A stretch of 64,000 nt of DNA from an uncultured Caulobacterales bacterium (GTDB lineage: Bacteria; Pseudomonadota; Alphaproteobacteria; Caulobacterales; Maricaulaceae), in contig CALKXY010000022.1 in assembly GCA_938003545.1 (NCBI GenBank), positions 3,637 through 67,636 on the forward strand. The letters are read 5' to 3'. Position 1 is the first letter of the stretch. Each line of letters begins with the position of its first letter. The notes under the pieces were generated by a model that was given only the letters and a program-made list of their open reading frames with translations, ran no database searches and was not told the origin of the DNA. Of this stretch, positions 42,301 to 48,693 are shown piece by piece. The position numbers were made by a program, and so were the translations under genes.

Positions 42301-45300
42301 CCTTCCAGCGGCAGGTCTCGCGCCAACACAAACCTTGACCTGCACGGCAGATTATACCGTCACACAGGCAGATGTGGACATGGGCGAGGTCACAAACCTT
42401 GCGACGGCGACGGCAGGCGACATAAGCTCGCCTCAAGTGTCCGAAACGGTTGAAGCGAACCGCGAACCTGAGCTTTCCGTACGCAAAACAACCTTGTCTT
42501 CTCGTCAGCTCTTTGGCCCGATCTTCGAAGTTGAATATGCTTTGGATGTTGAGAACACAGGTAATGTCACGCTGAACAATGTGCAGCTAGATGATGATCT
42601 TGCGGTGGCCTTTGCGCCAGCGACCGTCTTTGAAACGCCAGTGGTGGACTCAACGGATCTTACGCTCGACACATCATATGATGGTGTCAGCATCATTGAT
42701 CTATTGACGGGTATAGACAGCTTGAACGTCGGCGAAACGAAAAGCCTGACGCTCACGGCGCGCCTTGATATATCTGCTGGCGGGCCAGCGCAGGGCAACA
42801 CGGCCTTTGGTAATTCTGATGAAATCGGGGCTCGGATTCCGTCCGATGATCCGAATGTAACCCCCGCGACGCCGGGCGACATCAGTCCTGCGCCTTTGGC
42901 GATTATTGATACGGATGGCGATGGCAGTCCAGATAATTTGGAAAGCTCGACGGCTGATCGCGACGGCGACGGTATCCCTGACTCCGAAGATTATGATCCA
43001 ACAGGATATTTCTATTGCGAGGAAAGCGGTGCGATCCTTCCAGGTGGCGGTATTCTCGTCACAGGCCCGAACGGTTCAAACAATACGGTTGGTTCGCAAA
43101 ATGATATTGTCATTGTGCAAGACGGCTCTAATGGTTTCTTCCAATTCTATGTCACGCAACCAGGTCTTTATACCTTAACGCCGACATATCCTCCGAATGC
43201 GGAAGTCTCTACAGCGCGTTTGCCTGAGGCTGATCCATTGGACGTGTCCACTCGCACGGATAACCCTGCGATCCTTGGTTCCTCCGAAGTGGGCGACACG
43301 AATGTGTTGGCCGACTTTAGTGCAGAGGCGAATGGTCCGTTCTACTTCGCCTTTGATATTGAAGCGGGCGATCCATCGGTATTTATGAATAATATCCCAC
43401 TGCGGTCTTGTGGCACACCTGAGGTCGATCTGACGAAGACGACACGCAATGAAGCCGAACGCCAGGATGATGGTCGTCAGCTAGTGTCCTATGACTTTGC
43501 GGTTACCAATAGCGGCGAGACATTGATCACAGACCTATCTGTGACGGATGATCTAGCTAGCGTCTTTGGTGCGGACCGTTTCGAGGTTGATGCGTTCTCG
43601 CTAACGTCTGCTCCTGCTGGGTTTACAGGCACGGCGAACACGGCCTTTAATGGTACATCCGATCTGGCATTACTGTCTGGCAATGGTGAATTGTCCCCGA
43701 CGCAGAGCATTACATTATCCTTAGACCTCTTGGTTAGTGCGGATGAAGCGCGCGACTATGTGAACGTTGCGACAGCAGCGGCTTTAGGTCCGCTTGCAAC
43801 AGGTGAATTCACAGCAGAGGGAACGGCTTCGGTTGCGCTCTCGCCACTTGCGGATGCCAGTTTCCTACGGGTCACGAAAACAGCTAACCCAAGAACCGTA
43901 CAAATTGGCGATCCGGTTCTATATACAATCAACGTCACCAATGAGAGCGCCTCGACACTGAGCGGCATCGATATTGTCGACCGCTTGCCAGAAGGCTTCG
44001 CCTATGTGCCTGGTACGAGTTCCGTTAGCGACGGTGGTGATGATGTTCAGATTGAGCCGACTGTGCGCTCACGCGGCGTCCTCAGCTGGACATTGGGCGG
44101 CCAAGAGGCTCCATTGGATGCCTTGCAACCCAATGAGACGGTCTCCGTAACGTTGCGCTTATTGGCTGGACCAAATGTCACCTTTGGTGCGCATGAGAAC
44201 CAAGCCTTTGCGGAAAACCTAACGGATGGATCGCGGTCTGACATTGCGACGGCTGTTGTGGATTATATCCCTGAGCCTAGCTTTGATTGCACTCCGATCA
44301 TTGGCCGCGTCTATGATGATGTGAACGTCAATGGCTATCCCGATGATGGAGAGCCAGGTCTGCCAGGTGTTCGCCTTGTGACCGTCAATGGTGATATTAT
44401 CACGACAGACGAATATGGCCGATATCACATCCCATGTGCGGCGATTGCCGATGCAGAGAATGGATCTAACTTCCTGCTTAAAACCGACACGCGTTCACTG
44501 CCGCTGGGCTATGCGCCAACGACAGAGAACCCGCGCGTCGTGCGCGTCACGCGTGGTAAATTTGTGAAGATGAATTTTGGTGCAGGCTTCCGTACGAAAC
44601 TTCGCGTCGACTTTACGGCAGATGACTTCAACGTAGCCGGTACAGGTATCGCCGCGGCTAAAGTCGCAGAACTGCGCAGTTTCCTTTCACAGAATGAGAC
44701 GGCTGAACGCGCTGTTCTTGTCTATCATGCAGATGACGCGATGGGTGTCGATGCGGCGCAAGCCCGTCTGCAAACGGCTCTGGATGCTGTGCGTGATTTG
44801 GCCCCGAACGGCCTCAAAGATATTGCGATGGAAGCGATCTGGGGCGAGGTTAAAACCTATGAAGACAGCGGCGAGATCGCCGGGGAAGTCTTCGGCGGAC
44901 GTGTACCAGATTATGAGACTGAGAACGGTCTTTTTGAGACGGACACGATTAAAGACAATGGACGCCGAAATGGCACAGACCGACAAGTCTTCGCCGTGAA
45001 TCCATATGGCCAAGTCAATGCTGTGGCGCGCGATCAACTTACGGACCGCGACGAAGATCGTCGTTGGAACCGAAATGGTGGATTGCGTGATGACCATATT
45101 GATCAAGACCACGATGGATCTCTAGCGTCTGACACACGTCATAACCGTGCGAAGGTCTTAGGTCGTCGGGACCGTGTCGGCGAAGCGGATCGTAGCCCGG
45201 CACCGGGCCGTCTGCAGCGATGGTTAGGCTGGGGCAATTCCACATCGGCCTATGTCGATGCGATGGAAATCGAAACTACCGTCGATAGTCTTGATCCTGT

Positions 45301-48300
45301 GAAGCGTTTGAATGCGCAAATGGATATTGTGATTGGCGAGCAGGGACGTGTCTTGAAAGCTGCGACATATTCTAACTATTTGGCCTTTGCCGATACTCTA
45401 GAAATACGTGTCTTTGACGCGCGTCGTTCTGCACGAGGTAAGCCGCTTCTGGTCATACCTGTGACTGGAAATGTGGCGACAGCTGCGCTGCCAGATAATC
45501 TGCCAGAGCACGTTCAATATGTCTTGCGTGCAACCGCGACTGATGGCGCGTTTGACCAAACGGCACCAAAAGGTCTGCGGATCGGCGATGCTGATTTTGA
45601 CCTGACCTATGCGGAATGGGTTGAGAGTGCCTCGGGTACATTTGGTCAAAATACGTTAGAAACATCGAACGTCCGTGTTCGGGGCGGCGCTGTCCGCGTT
45701 TATGGCCGGAATGTCGTGGGCGAGACCGCTATTGTTATGGGTGAAAACGTCCGTATCGATAGTGATGGCCGCTTTGTCGCTGAACAGCTTTTGCCAGCTG
45801 GTAAGCAATCTGTGACTATCAAAGCAGGTCATCAGACGCTTGTGCGTTCTGTCGATGTGAAGTCGAAAGATACATTCTATGTCGCGCAGATCGAAGCGAC
45901 GATTGGCGAACGTATTGGTTCAGACAAAACCTTCGAAGAAGGCCGCGTGGCCTTTTATGTCCGCTCGCGTTTGGATGATCGTTGGACGGTTACGGCAACG
46001 GCTGATACTGGCGAAGCTGGCTTGGGTGATTTAATCTCTACATTAGATGATAAGAACTTGGATCAACTCCTGCGTCGCCTTGACCCAGATCGTTACTATC
46101 CGACCTATGGCGATAATTCCGTCATCGAACAGGATGCACCAACATCAGGCCGTATTTATGCTCGGATCGAACGCGATGATGATTATGCCCTTTGGGGGAA
46201 TTATCAGACGAATTTCAATGATACGGAATTCGCGCGTGTCAACCGTACGCTCTATGGTGCGAAACTGAATTGGGATGAGAATGCCTTCACAACATTGGGT
46301 GATGCGCGCACCGATATAACGGCCTTTATCGCAGAAGGCGGAACCCGTCAGGCACGTGATGAGCTGCGCGGTACAGGCGGTTCGGTCTATTATTTCCGTC
46401 ATGGTGATATTTCGATTGGCTCGGAGCAATTGCGTGTGGAAACGCGTGACAGTGTCTCTGGTCTCGTAATCGAATCCCGTCGTCTGCAATATGGTACGGA
46501 TTATGATCTGGACTTTATCCAAGGCCGCGTGATCCTCACGCGTCCATTGGGCAGCACAGGGGATGATGGTCGCCTGTTCCGTGACGGATCGCAAAGTGGT
46601 AACGCGCAAGTGCTTGTCGCTGATTATGAATTCACACCTGTCTTTGGTGCGAATGATAATGGCGCTATTTATGGCGCGCGTGCCAAACGTTGGTTCGGGG
46701 ATCACGTCAAACTTGGCGCGACCTATAATCACGCAGATGATGGGGGTCTGGAATCCGACCTCTATGAGATGGACCTGACTCTGCAATATGCAGCAGGAAC
46801 CTATATCAAAGGCGAAATCGCTCGCAGTGAAGGTCTGGGCGTTGAAACCTTCACCTCATTGGATGGCGGCTTTACGTATAATGCGGCTGATCGTGGCGGT
46901 GTTACGCTCGGAGATGATGTGACGGCCATGGCCTATGCTGTCGAAGCGGCTGTGAATTTTGCTGAAGTCTCAGACCTAGACGGTTCTGCTTATGTGTATT
47001 GGCGCAAACGTCAGGCTGGATTCGCAGGCTATGCTGAAGCCACGAACCAAGCCGTTGAGCAATTTGGCGGCGGGATGGAAATCGCGCTCTCCAAAGGGTT
47101 GGACTTCTCTGCCCGTGCGGACATCTCTGATAGTGCATTGATTGGCACGAACAGCTTTGCAGAAGCTCGTGTGGATTATGCCTTGAGCGAGAAAACCCTC
47201 GTGAGTGCAGGTCTGTCGTTCAATGACGATGCGCGCGGCAATTCGGGCGCGTCCTTTGGCCTGCGCGGCGAGCAGAAAATCGGTGATGACGGCAAGCTCT
47301 ATGCTTATGGCCAAGCTGGTCTGACGGGCGATAATACGCGCACGACGGACCGTCTGGGTGTGGGCGCAGAAGTTCGCTTGTCCAAGACATTCTTTGGCGG
47401 CGGCGAAGTAAGCACTGGTGAAGATGGTCTTGGCCTCCGTGCGTCCTTGCGCCGCGAAGAAGAAGATGGAGACGAGTATTATCTCGCCTATGATCTTCCG
47501 CTTCGGGCGCAGCCGACGGGCAATTACGGCACACTAAATGTGGGCGCACGTAAGCGTTACACAGATGCGCTGTCTGTTTTTGGCGAGGAACGCTTGCAGT
47601 TCAATGATCGTGGTCTGAACGGCATTACCCATGCTTACGGCGTCGATTGGAGCCCAGGGAACTGGAACCTCGGACTATCGGGCGAAGTTGGCCGGATTGA
47701 TAATCTGGACCGTGAAGCCATCGCGATTTCGACAGGGTTCTCAAATGAACGCTTCAAAGCTGGCTTTGCTGCCGAGTGGCGTCAGGATGAGAACATCACA
47801 ACGGATGATCAACGCGAAACATGGTTGCTTCGTTGGACGTCGCAATATCAAGCCTCCGAAGAGCTGCGCCTGCAAGGTAAGTTCAACCGCGCGGTGTCTA
47901 AACAGACAGAGAATGGTAACTTTGGTCCAATCGACTTCAATGAAGCCGAATTTACTGAAGGCTCTATCGCGGCGGCCTATCGTCCAATTTGGGATGATCG
48001 GTTCAATCTCTTGGCGAAATATACCTATCTCGAAGACCTGTCTCCAACGAGCCAGAGGTTTGGTGGAGAGACGCTGAACTATCGTCAGCGATCCGAGATC
48101 GTCTCCGTGGATACGGCCTATGATATTTCTTCCAAGTGGACCTTGGGGGGTAAATATGCCCATCGTTCGGGCTCTGTGACATCGAACCGTGAAAGTCTCG
48201 ATTTCACCAAGTCAGAAGCAGACCTCGCGGTCTTGCGCCTCGATTATCATGTGACCCATCAATGGGATGCACATCTTGAGGGTCGCTGGTTGGATATCGG

Positions 48301-48472
48301 TAATGGCGTCATTACCCGCAAAGGTGGTCAGGCCGGTATTTATCGCCATATGAACGATAATGCGAAGCTAGGCCTCGGCGTGACATGGGGCGGTATCGAG
48401 GAGCAATATCTCGGTGCCCTCGAAGATGAAGATGAGCTCGGTTGGTATCTCAACCTCGTCGGTAAGTTCTAA
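27329..48472 (+). CDS. Giant (~7050 aa) DUF11/DUF7507 Ig-like repeat surface protein with SdrD-B-like domain and C-terminal outer-membrane barrel region
   Basis: ORF 27296..48472, likely start ATG 27329. Signal peptide ending PTAWA; ~46 repeats (L.l.KtA...GD.itY.y.VtNTGNV...TYTVTQ.D.DAG...N.A); DxDGDG Ca motifs; IIGRVYDDVNVNGYPDDGEPGLPGVRL; ~850 aa of amphipathic strands ending WYLNLVGKF. Confidence 0.88.
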   Translation: MTGFLSKLIVKTKRLIGGTARASLAAGILLATTAAAPTAWATTFTETVPNGNGPIPDTYPPVGGTMFVLIGVNGNIYYQFVNPSTQFRGFAGTGTPTAFQGIPVFQLGPTQALNCGTVSCSSYFGGSIVEGYSRLTVRDADACPGNFDFEDVSFEVNGISVSSLSNLPANSVERTNFAGTTTIGTENCFRNDNSGAETSTAWFDLPPALLTNILAVNGTTPFIRDDDTGSNTTRGDNFWFFTDGNDATGTPEVAPGITIVKTADQTEYTAPGDIINYEFEVVNIGSVRLTNIVVDDSFITGAVTCPFTARNPGRSMICTGQHIVTQENVDADVVFVNMASVTAIPTEGTLGNVSGTLSIPGPEAINALTLTKTPDISTDLEEGDTVTYTYVVENIGNITQTNVNITDVHNGTGTLSAVTPASVDLGPTESQTFTATYVVTQDDIDSGVDITNTATANSTPRRGTITAPTADASVSVTAPTPEAVFSKIASPDSDAEEGDTITYTYSVQNTGNVTLTNTSISDVQSGTGTLSAITPTGVDIAPGTTQTFTATYVVTQDDFDAGTNITNTATLNTTPARGTLGARTADAVVTLADPAPLATLTKTASEDTDVTEGQIITYTYVVTNTGDVTLNAVSVSDVHAGTGTLSAITPASVTLAPTESQNFTATYTVTQDDIDAGTAITNEATLSATPERGVLAPVTADESIDVIAPAPMATLVKTADQTTDAEEGDVITYSYLFRNTGNVTLTSVSITDVHDGMGTLSAIAPASVATILPGDSETFTATYTVTQDDIDAGVAITNTATANATPPASSGPFTPPMDDASVTLITPNPSATMVKTPSLTTDVEEGDVITYTYRITNDGNVTLTDLSVSDVHSGTGTLSAVTPVNVASLAPTAFVDFMATYTVTQEDIDAGTDITNIATLSSTPTQGPPPVATDDATVTVEAADPLMTLTKTSDDTTDVVEGQTLTYTYVATNTGNVAMTGVSISDVHSGTGTLSAITPASVDLDPTQSQTFTATYVVTQDDVDAGTPITNTATANATPARGSYTPVTADESVTIEAATPAATLTKTASDTTDVAEGDVITYTYVLTNTGNVGLDAVSLSDSHSGTGTLSAISPATVATLAPGGSQTFTATYTVTQDDVDLGTDITNTATLSATPKRGVLGPITADETVTVEAPAPLATLVKAASDTTDVAEGDVITYSYVVTNTGNVGLDNASVSDVHSGTGTLSAITPTSVDLAPGASQTFTATYTVTQDDIDAATDLTNTATLSATPKGGSLPPVSDDETVTVEAPTPTLSLTKTASDDTDVMEGDVITYTYAVANTGNVTMTAVSISDAHNGTGTLSAIAPASVDLEPGDTQNFTATYTVTLDDVNAGTPITNTATAAATPAAGSYTPVTADESVTVETADPALTIVKTADVTADVAEGDTVTYSYLVTNTGNVTMTAVSISDVHSGTGTLSAILPASVDLDPTQSQTFTATYVVTQDDIDAAAPITNTATANATPSRGTYTPVSDDESVTVEAGAPDSTFTKSASDTTAVEEGDVITYTYAVANTGNVTLDNVSVSDVHSGTGALSAITPASVTLAPGASQDFTATYTVTQDDIDSGVDITNTATLSAVPQTGTFTPQTADETVTLAAPLPESTIVKTADITAGVTVGDLITYTYAVENTGNVSLTAVSISDVHSGAGTLSAITPASVDLAPGATQDFTATYTVTQDDIDAGSDITNVATTNATPVRGTYTPSTDDETVTVEAPTPSLSVMKTASDTTDVSEGDTITYSYVVENTGNIGIDAVTVSDVHSGTGTLSAITPASVDLAPTATQTFMATYVVTQDDIDAGTDLTNTATADGTPKRGTLTPATDDETVTVEAPTPNATLDKSADVTANLQADDVVTYSYVITNTGNIVLDNLSVSDVHSGTGTLSAITPASIATLAPGGTATFTATYTVTQDDIDSGADITNTATLAATPKRGTLPVVTGSETVAPADASPALAIEKTADVTTGLSVGDTVTYTYAVRNPGNITMTNVTVSDVHMGTGTLSAITPASVDLAPGATQDFTATYVVTQDDIDAGTPVTNEATVNAIPTVGSYTPVSDTESISPETSAPEITLTKVADQTTDLALGDVITYTYTAENTGNVTLADISVSDVHSGTGTLSAITPATVANLPIGGMATFMATYTVTQDDIDAGTAITNTATAAATPPSGTYVPATADESVSPEAFGPELTVAKVADVTTGLAVDDVVTYTYTVTNSGNVTINNVMVSDVHSGSGALSAITPANVATLLVGDSADFTATYVVTQADIDAGDAVTNTATADGTPVGGTLVPATGTESVAPEGPAPQADFTKTASVTSDLMVGDIVTYTYSATNTGNVSLSNISVSDVHGGAGTLSAISPANVASLAVGDSVDFTATYQVTQADVDAGTPITNIATLSATPAGGTFPPTTADESVTPEGPTPVLTIAKRALSTDFAMVGDILSYEYDVVNTGNVSISAITVSDDKIAVVTCPVTSLMPTESTTCTATYEVTQADLNTGSVTNIASVSGTPSGGTLTPPTDTATVDGTQTPMLTLVKTALDSDFAAVGDELDYEFLVTNTGNVEVTDLVVSDNKIAAVNCPVTSLMPTESTTCTATYSVTQADLDMGSVMNLAEADATPAGGTLTPAGDTATVDGTQSPALTTEKTALTSDFTMVGDTLDYEYLVTNTGNVTITDPITVSDDKIASVTCPALPAGGLLPTATLTCTATYTVVQADLDAGEVTNVASSTDGTTTSPTDDATVSGTQSPAMTIVKTAQDADFTTVGDILTYEYVVTNTGNVLIADLDVTDDKIAAVSCSVAAIGNGDANLDPSESVTCTGEYTVTQADLDAGSVTNLASATGTPSGGTLTPPETSETVDAVQTPALSLEKAAGETSFDAVGDILTYTYTVINTGNVLVSDLVITDDRIAAISCDITAIGNADANLDPTETVICEADYTVTQDDLDAGEVTNIASADATPAGGTLTPPTDTVTVNADQQPSLETVKTATTINFELPGDVTTYEYVVTNTGNVTLTDPITVTDNLISTVTCPALPAGGLAPTATLTCTGDYTVTQADLDAGSVTNLASASDGTTSSPQTSETIPADQNPALSIVKTPLFTDFTAAGDVVEYEFAVTNDGNLTITTDIEVVDDKIGTIACITGNFTPGTTQTCRAPYTITQADIDAGEVTNQAFAQTDALVSAPVDATVTGTRTPSLGFTKRATTADFASAGDILSYEFDVENTGNTTLTDVAITDDNIASVSCPQTTLAPAATMICSADYTVTQADVDAGEVVNNASVSGNPPAGIPPVSTPSTATVDSVAVPGLAFVKRAVTTDFDMAGDILSYEFDVENTGMITLSNIVVTDDLIASVTCPRTTLAPAETMVCTATYTVTQADVDAGEVINNASAAADLPNGDPVTPVPSTATVAADQVPVLDIIKTALTSEFNAVGDVLAYEITVTNTGNVSVSAIVVDDPLIPALSCPASALAPTESFTCTGDYAVTQADIDAGMVDNTASVSGTPSGGTLPPAESTASVDADANPALALVKTAQTANFDAVGDTVDYEYIVTNTGNVTLTDSISVSDDKIASVSCPALPSGGLVPTASLTCSATYVVVQADLDAGQVVNRATASDGTTASPEVSETVDAIQAPALAMTKTASPQTYAAVGDTITYTYAITNTGNVTVTSALSVSDDRIASVSCPALPAGGLAPNATLNCTGTDTVSQADLDNRSVTNTATATDGTATTAPVSETVTVEEQPGLAIEKSADRPAFATLGETVTYNYLVTNTGNLTITDPITVSDDKIASVACPALPGGSLAPNASIICTGRYDVTQADLDAGDVTNIASASVGSTVSPTDSVTLPATQAPALSIAKSALDTAFAAPGDVLSYEYSVRNTGNVTLTGAISVSDDKIAAVSCPALPISGLAPNAEITCSADYLVTQADIDAGSVVNTATASNGATTSAPDDATVNADQMPALTVAKSADRSTYNAPSQTITYSFLVTNSGNTTLLDPITVSDSRITSVTCPALPPAGLVPNASITCEGIDMTTQADVDAGVVENVATAASGPTTSDPVTRRVFATRVAELQVEKTATNINFTLPGDIVTYQYVVTNLGNVTITDPITVDDNLIPNTVCPALPSGGLLPGATLTCTADYVVTQDNLDIGVVVNIATATDGTVTSAPDSETIPADANPAVELRKSSTDGPFSAVGDILTYTFDIENTGNVTLTGETSVVDNKIGTFVCFIGNFVPGATETCTETYAVTQADLDAGFVTNDAFIMHPRTSSPPVFVTIPADQSRELTLEKSATTLDFANVGDTLDYVYTVTNVGNVTVTFPIEVSDDRIASVTCDPLPAGGLLPTQSVTCRGTDIVSQADIDAGFVTNIATATDGFTTSPPQSETIGGVQAPALELTKTAQNSDFTTVGETLTYNYLVRNSGNITLLDAITISDDRIDAVSCPALPAGGLLPGASLLCSATDTVTQDDLDAGEVMNIATATSGPTTSAPQNATVTGTQTPEFSLVKTALNADFAAAGDIVSYSYEVTNTGNVTSTAPISISDDKIASVICPANPGLAPTESLTCTADYTVTQADVDAGAVTNLATATDGTATSPEVSETIDAAQAPALSILKTALTSEFNAVGDTLDYEYVVTNSGNTTITAAITINDDQIVTVSCPVLPTGGLLPGANLTCTATDVITQADLDAGFVTNTASATDGTITSPVETATVTGTRSEGIEINKVARSNDFTAVGDVLSYDYIVRNTGNVTLTDPVTVSDDRIASVICPANPGLVPNATLTCSATYSVTQADLNAGEVTNIASATLGGFTSPTDTVTITGTQLPALSIVKSTTADAIRLAGETVTYSYVVTNSGNVTFDTAITVSDDKIASVTCPATPAGGLLPAASLTCSADYVVTQADLDAGGVTNIATANTVVDGVPTVSDPATVTVDTAVTQGLGLVKTATTETFSMPGDVVSYTYVVTNTGNTTVLDAVSVSDDKIATVSCPALPAAGLAPTQTLTCTADYTVTQADVDMGEVTNLATATAGDISSPQVSETVEANREPELSVRKTTLSSRQLFGPIFEVEYALDVENTGNVTLNNVQLDDDLAVAFAPATVFETPVVDSTDLTLDTSYDGVSIIDLLTGIDSLNVGETKSLTLTARLDISAGGPAQGNTAFGNSDEIGARIPSDDPNVTPATPGDISPAPLAIIDTDGDGSPDNLESSTADRDGDGIPDSEDYDPTGYFYCEESGAILPGGGILVTGPNGSNNTVGSQNDIVIVQDGSNGFFQFYVTQPGLYTLTPTYPPNAEVSTARLPEADPLDVSTRTDNPAILGSSEVGDTNVLADFSAEANGPFYFAFDIEAGDPSVFMNNIPLRSCGTPEVDLTKTTRNEAERQDDGRQLVSYDFAVTNSGETLITDLSVTDDLASVFGADRFEVDAFSLTSAPAGFTGTANTAFNGTSDLALLSGNGELSPTQSITLSLDLLVSADEARDYVNVATAAALGPLATGEFTAEGTASVALSPLADASFLRVTKTANPRTVQIGDPVLYTINVTNESASTLSGIDIVDRLPEGFAYVPGTSSVSDGGDDVQIEPTVRSRGVLSWTLGGQEAPLDALQPNETVSVTLRLLAGPNVTFGAHENQAFAENLTDGSRSDIATAVVDYIPEPSFDCTPIIGRVYDDVNVNGYPDDGEPGLPGVRLVTVNGDIITTDEYGRYHIPCAAIADAENGSNFLLKTDTRSLPLGYAPTTENPRVVRVTRGKFVKMNFGAGFRTKLRVDFTADDFNVAGTGIAAAKVAELRSFLSQNETAERAVLVYHADDAMGVDAAQARLQTALDAVRDLAPNGLKDIAMEAIWGEVKTYEDSGEIAGEVFGGRVPDYETENGLFETDTIKDNGRRNGTDRQVFAVNPYGQVNAVARDQLTDRDEDRRWNRNGGLRDDHIDQDHDGSLASDTRHNRAKVLGRRDRVGEADRSPAPGRLQRWLGWGNSTSAYVDAMEIETTVDSLDPVKRLNAQMDIVIGEQGRVLKAATYSNYLAFADTLEIRVFDARRSARGKPLLVIPVTGNVATAALPDNLPEHVQYVLRATATDGAFDQTAPKGLRIGDADFDLTYAEWVESASGTFGQNTLETSNVRVRGGAVRVYGRNVVGETAIVMGENVRIDSDGRFVAEQLLPAGKQSVTIKAGHQTLVRSVDVKSKDTFYVAQIEATIGERIGSDKTFEEGRVAFYVRSRLDDRWTVTATADTGEAGLGDLISTLDDKNLDQLLRRLDPDRYYPTYGDNSVIEQDAPTSGRIYARIERDDDYALWGNYQTNFNDTEFARVNRTLYGAKLNWDENAFTTLGDARTDITAFIAEGGTRQARDELRGTGGSVYYFRHGDISIGSEQLRVETRDSVSGLVIESRRLQYGTDYDLDFIQGRVILTRPLGSTGDDGRLFRDGSQSGNAQVLVADYEFTPVFGANDNGAIYGARAKRWFGDHVKLGATYNHADDGGLESDLYEMDLTLQYAAGTYIKGEIARSEGLGVETFTSLDGGFTYNAADRGGVTLGDDVTAMAYAVEAAVNFAEVSDLDGSAYVYWRKRQAGFAGYAEATNQAVEQFGGGMEIALSKGLDFSARADISDSALIGTNSFAEARVDYALSEKTLVSAGLSFNDDARGNSGASFGLRGEQKIGDDGKLYAYGQAGLTGDNTRTTDRLGVGAEVRLSKTFFGGGEVSTGEDGLGLRASLRREEEDGDEYYLAYDLPLRAQPTGNYGTLNVGARKRYTDALSVFGEERLQFNDRGLNGITHAYGVDWSPGNWNLGLSGEVGRIDNLDREAIAISTGFSNERFKAGFAAEWRQDENITTDDQRETWLLRWTSQYQASEELRLQGKFNRAVSKQTENGNFGPIDFNEAEFTEGSIAAAYRPIWDDRFNLLAKYTYLEDLSPTSQRFGGETLNYRQRSEIVSVDTAYDISSKWTLGGKYAHRSGSVTSNRESLDFTKSEADLAVLRLDYHVTHQWDAHLEGRWLDIGNGVITRKGGQAGIYRHMNDNAKLGLGVTWGGIEEQYLGALEDEDELGWYLNLVGKF

Positions 48473-48479
48473 AAACAAA

Positions 48480-48510
48480 AAGAGCCGCTCTGAATGTCAG
48501 AGCGGCTCTT
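48480..48510 (+). terminator. Strong hairpin terminator after the giant gene
   Basis: AAGAGCCGCTCTGA-atg-TCAGAGCGGCTCTT, perfect 14-bp stem. Confidence 0.8.
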
Positions 48511-48549
48511 CTACTGTTTAAGCCTATTGGCTTTTTTCGGTGCCGGCGA

Positions 48550-48611
48550 CCGTCATAAAACTGTCGTAAAAAATATATGTAATTGTCAAAAAACTATTAT
48601 CCCACTGTCAT
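48550..48611 (+). promoter_or_regulatory. Pho boxes (PhoB sites)
   Basis: Half-sites in 11-bp phase: CCGTCAT 48550, CTGTCGT 48561, TTGTCAA 48583, CTATTAT 48594, CTGTCAT 48605. Confidence 0.82.
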
Positions 48612-48693
48612 CTTTCTCTGACATTGGCTCGGCAACTTAGTCGAGCGTGGAATCATTGCGCTTTGCGATCAACGTCAACTTAAGAGGTTAGTA

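Noticed and set aside
27304-48163. Periodic antisense ORFs (345-bp spacing) in the giant gene
   Set aside because: By-product of the 115-aa repeat unit.
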